A stretch of 64,000 nt of DNA from a virus (taxonomy: Duplodnaviria > Caudoviricetes). This document shows positions 63,935-64,000 of the stretch, piece after piece. A program made the position numbers and the translations under genes. Where the stretch lies: positions 6,743 to 70,742 of IMG/VR virus record IMGVR_UViG_3300011339_000278; one strand, written 5' to 3'. A model generated the notes under the pieces. The model saw only the letters and a list, made by a program, of their open reading frames with translations, did no database searches and was not told the DNA's origin. Each line of letters begins with the position of its first letter. The first letter of the stretch is position 1.

Positions 63935-64000
63935 TTGTATGTTTCTTTTCTAACGATTAGACTAATTGTTCTTTGGCTGACGTTAAATTTATTTGCCAAT
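63878..64000. repeat. Terminal overlap, copy 2
   Basis: Matches 1-123 with 4 synonymous mismatches. Confidence 0.95.

Noticed and set aside
1-64000. Stop-codon reassignment, tRNA genes, integrase
   Set aside because: Standard code gives full-length, tightly packed genes; no cloverleaf or recombinase motif seen by eye. A tRNAscan-SE run would confirm.

Overview
The window is essentially one complete, circularly permuted dsDNA tailed-phage genome with a period of 63,877 bp: bases 63878-64000 repeat bases 1-123 with 4 synonymous mismatches. The architecture is podovirus-like: P22-type portal and neck, no tape measure or sheath, and very large internal ejection proteins. There are two arms. The minus-strand arm (53855-64000 continuing into 1-15307) carries a replication module (PolA, Cas4-like nuclease, SNF2 helicase, SSB-like protein, primase-helicase, VRR-NUC), an AAA+/vWA-metallopeptidase module, and an early region built from repeated promoter-gene-terminator cassettes around an iteron- and DnaA-box-rich putative origin. 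The plus-strand arm (about 15744-53858) carries terminase, portal, GroES-like co-chaperonin, capsid, small basic proteins, neck/tail, tail fibre, lysis and ejection proteins. I saw no integrase, tRNA, CRISPR array or recognisable metabolic gene. Four free-standing homing endonucleases are present. The most interesting signals are an RBS-bearing gene overprinted inside the 2341-aa ejection protein, three TonB-box-like motifs in an ejection protein, a recurrent hydrophobic-x-x-G-G motif shared by small basic and ejection proteins, two strongly structured non-coding RNAs, and the early-region cassette/operator system. All annotations come from motif recognition by eye; no database search was run. 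A proteobacterial host is inferred only from the sigma70-like promoters and DnaA boxes.
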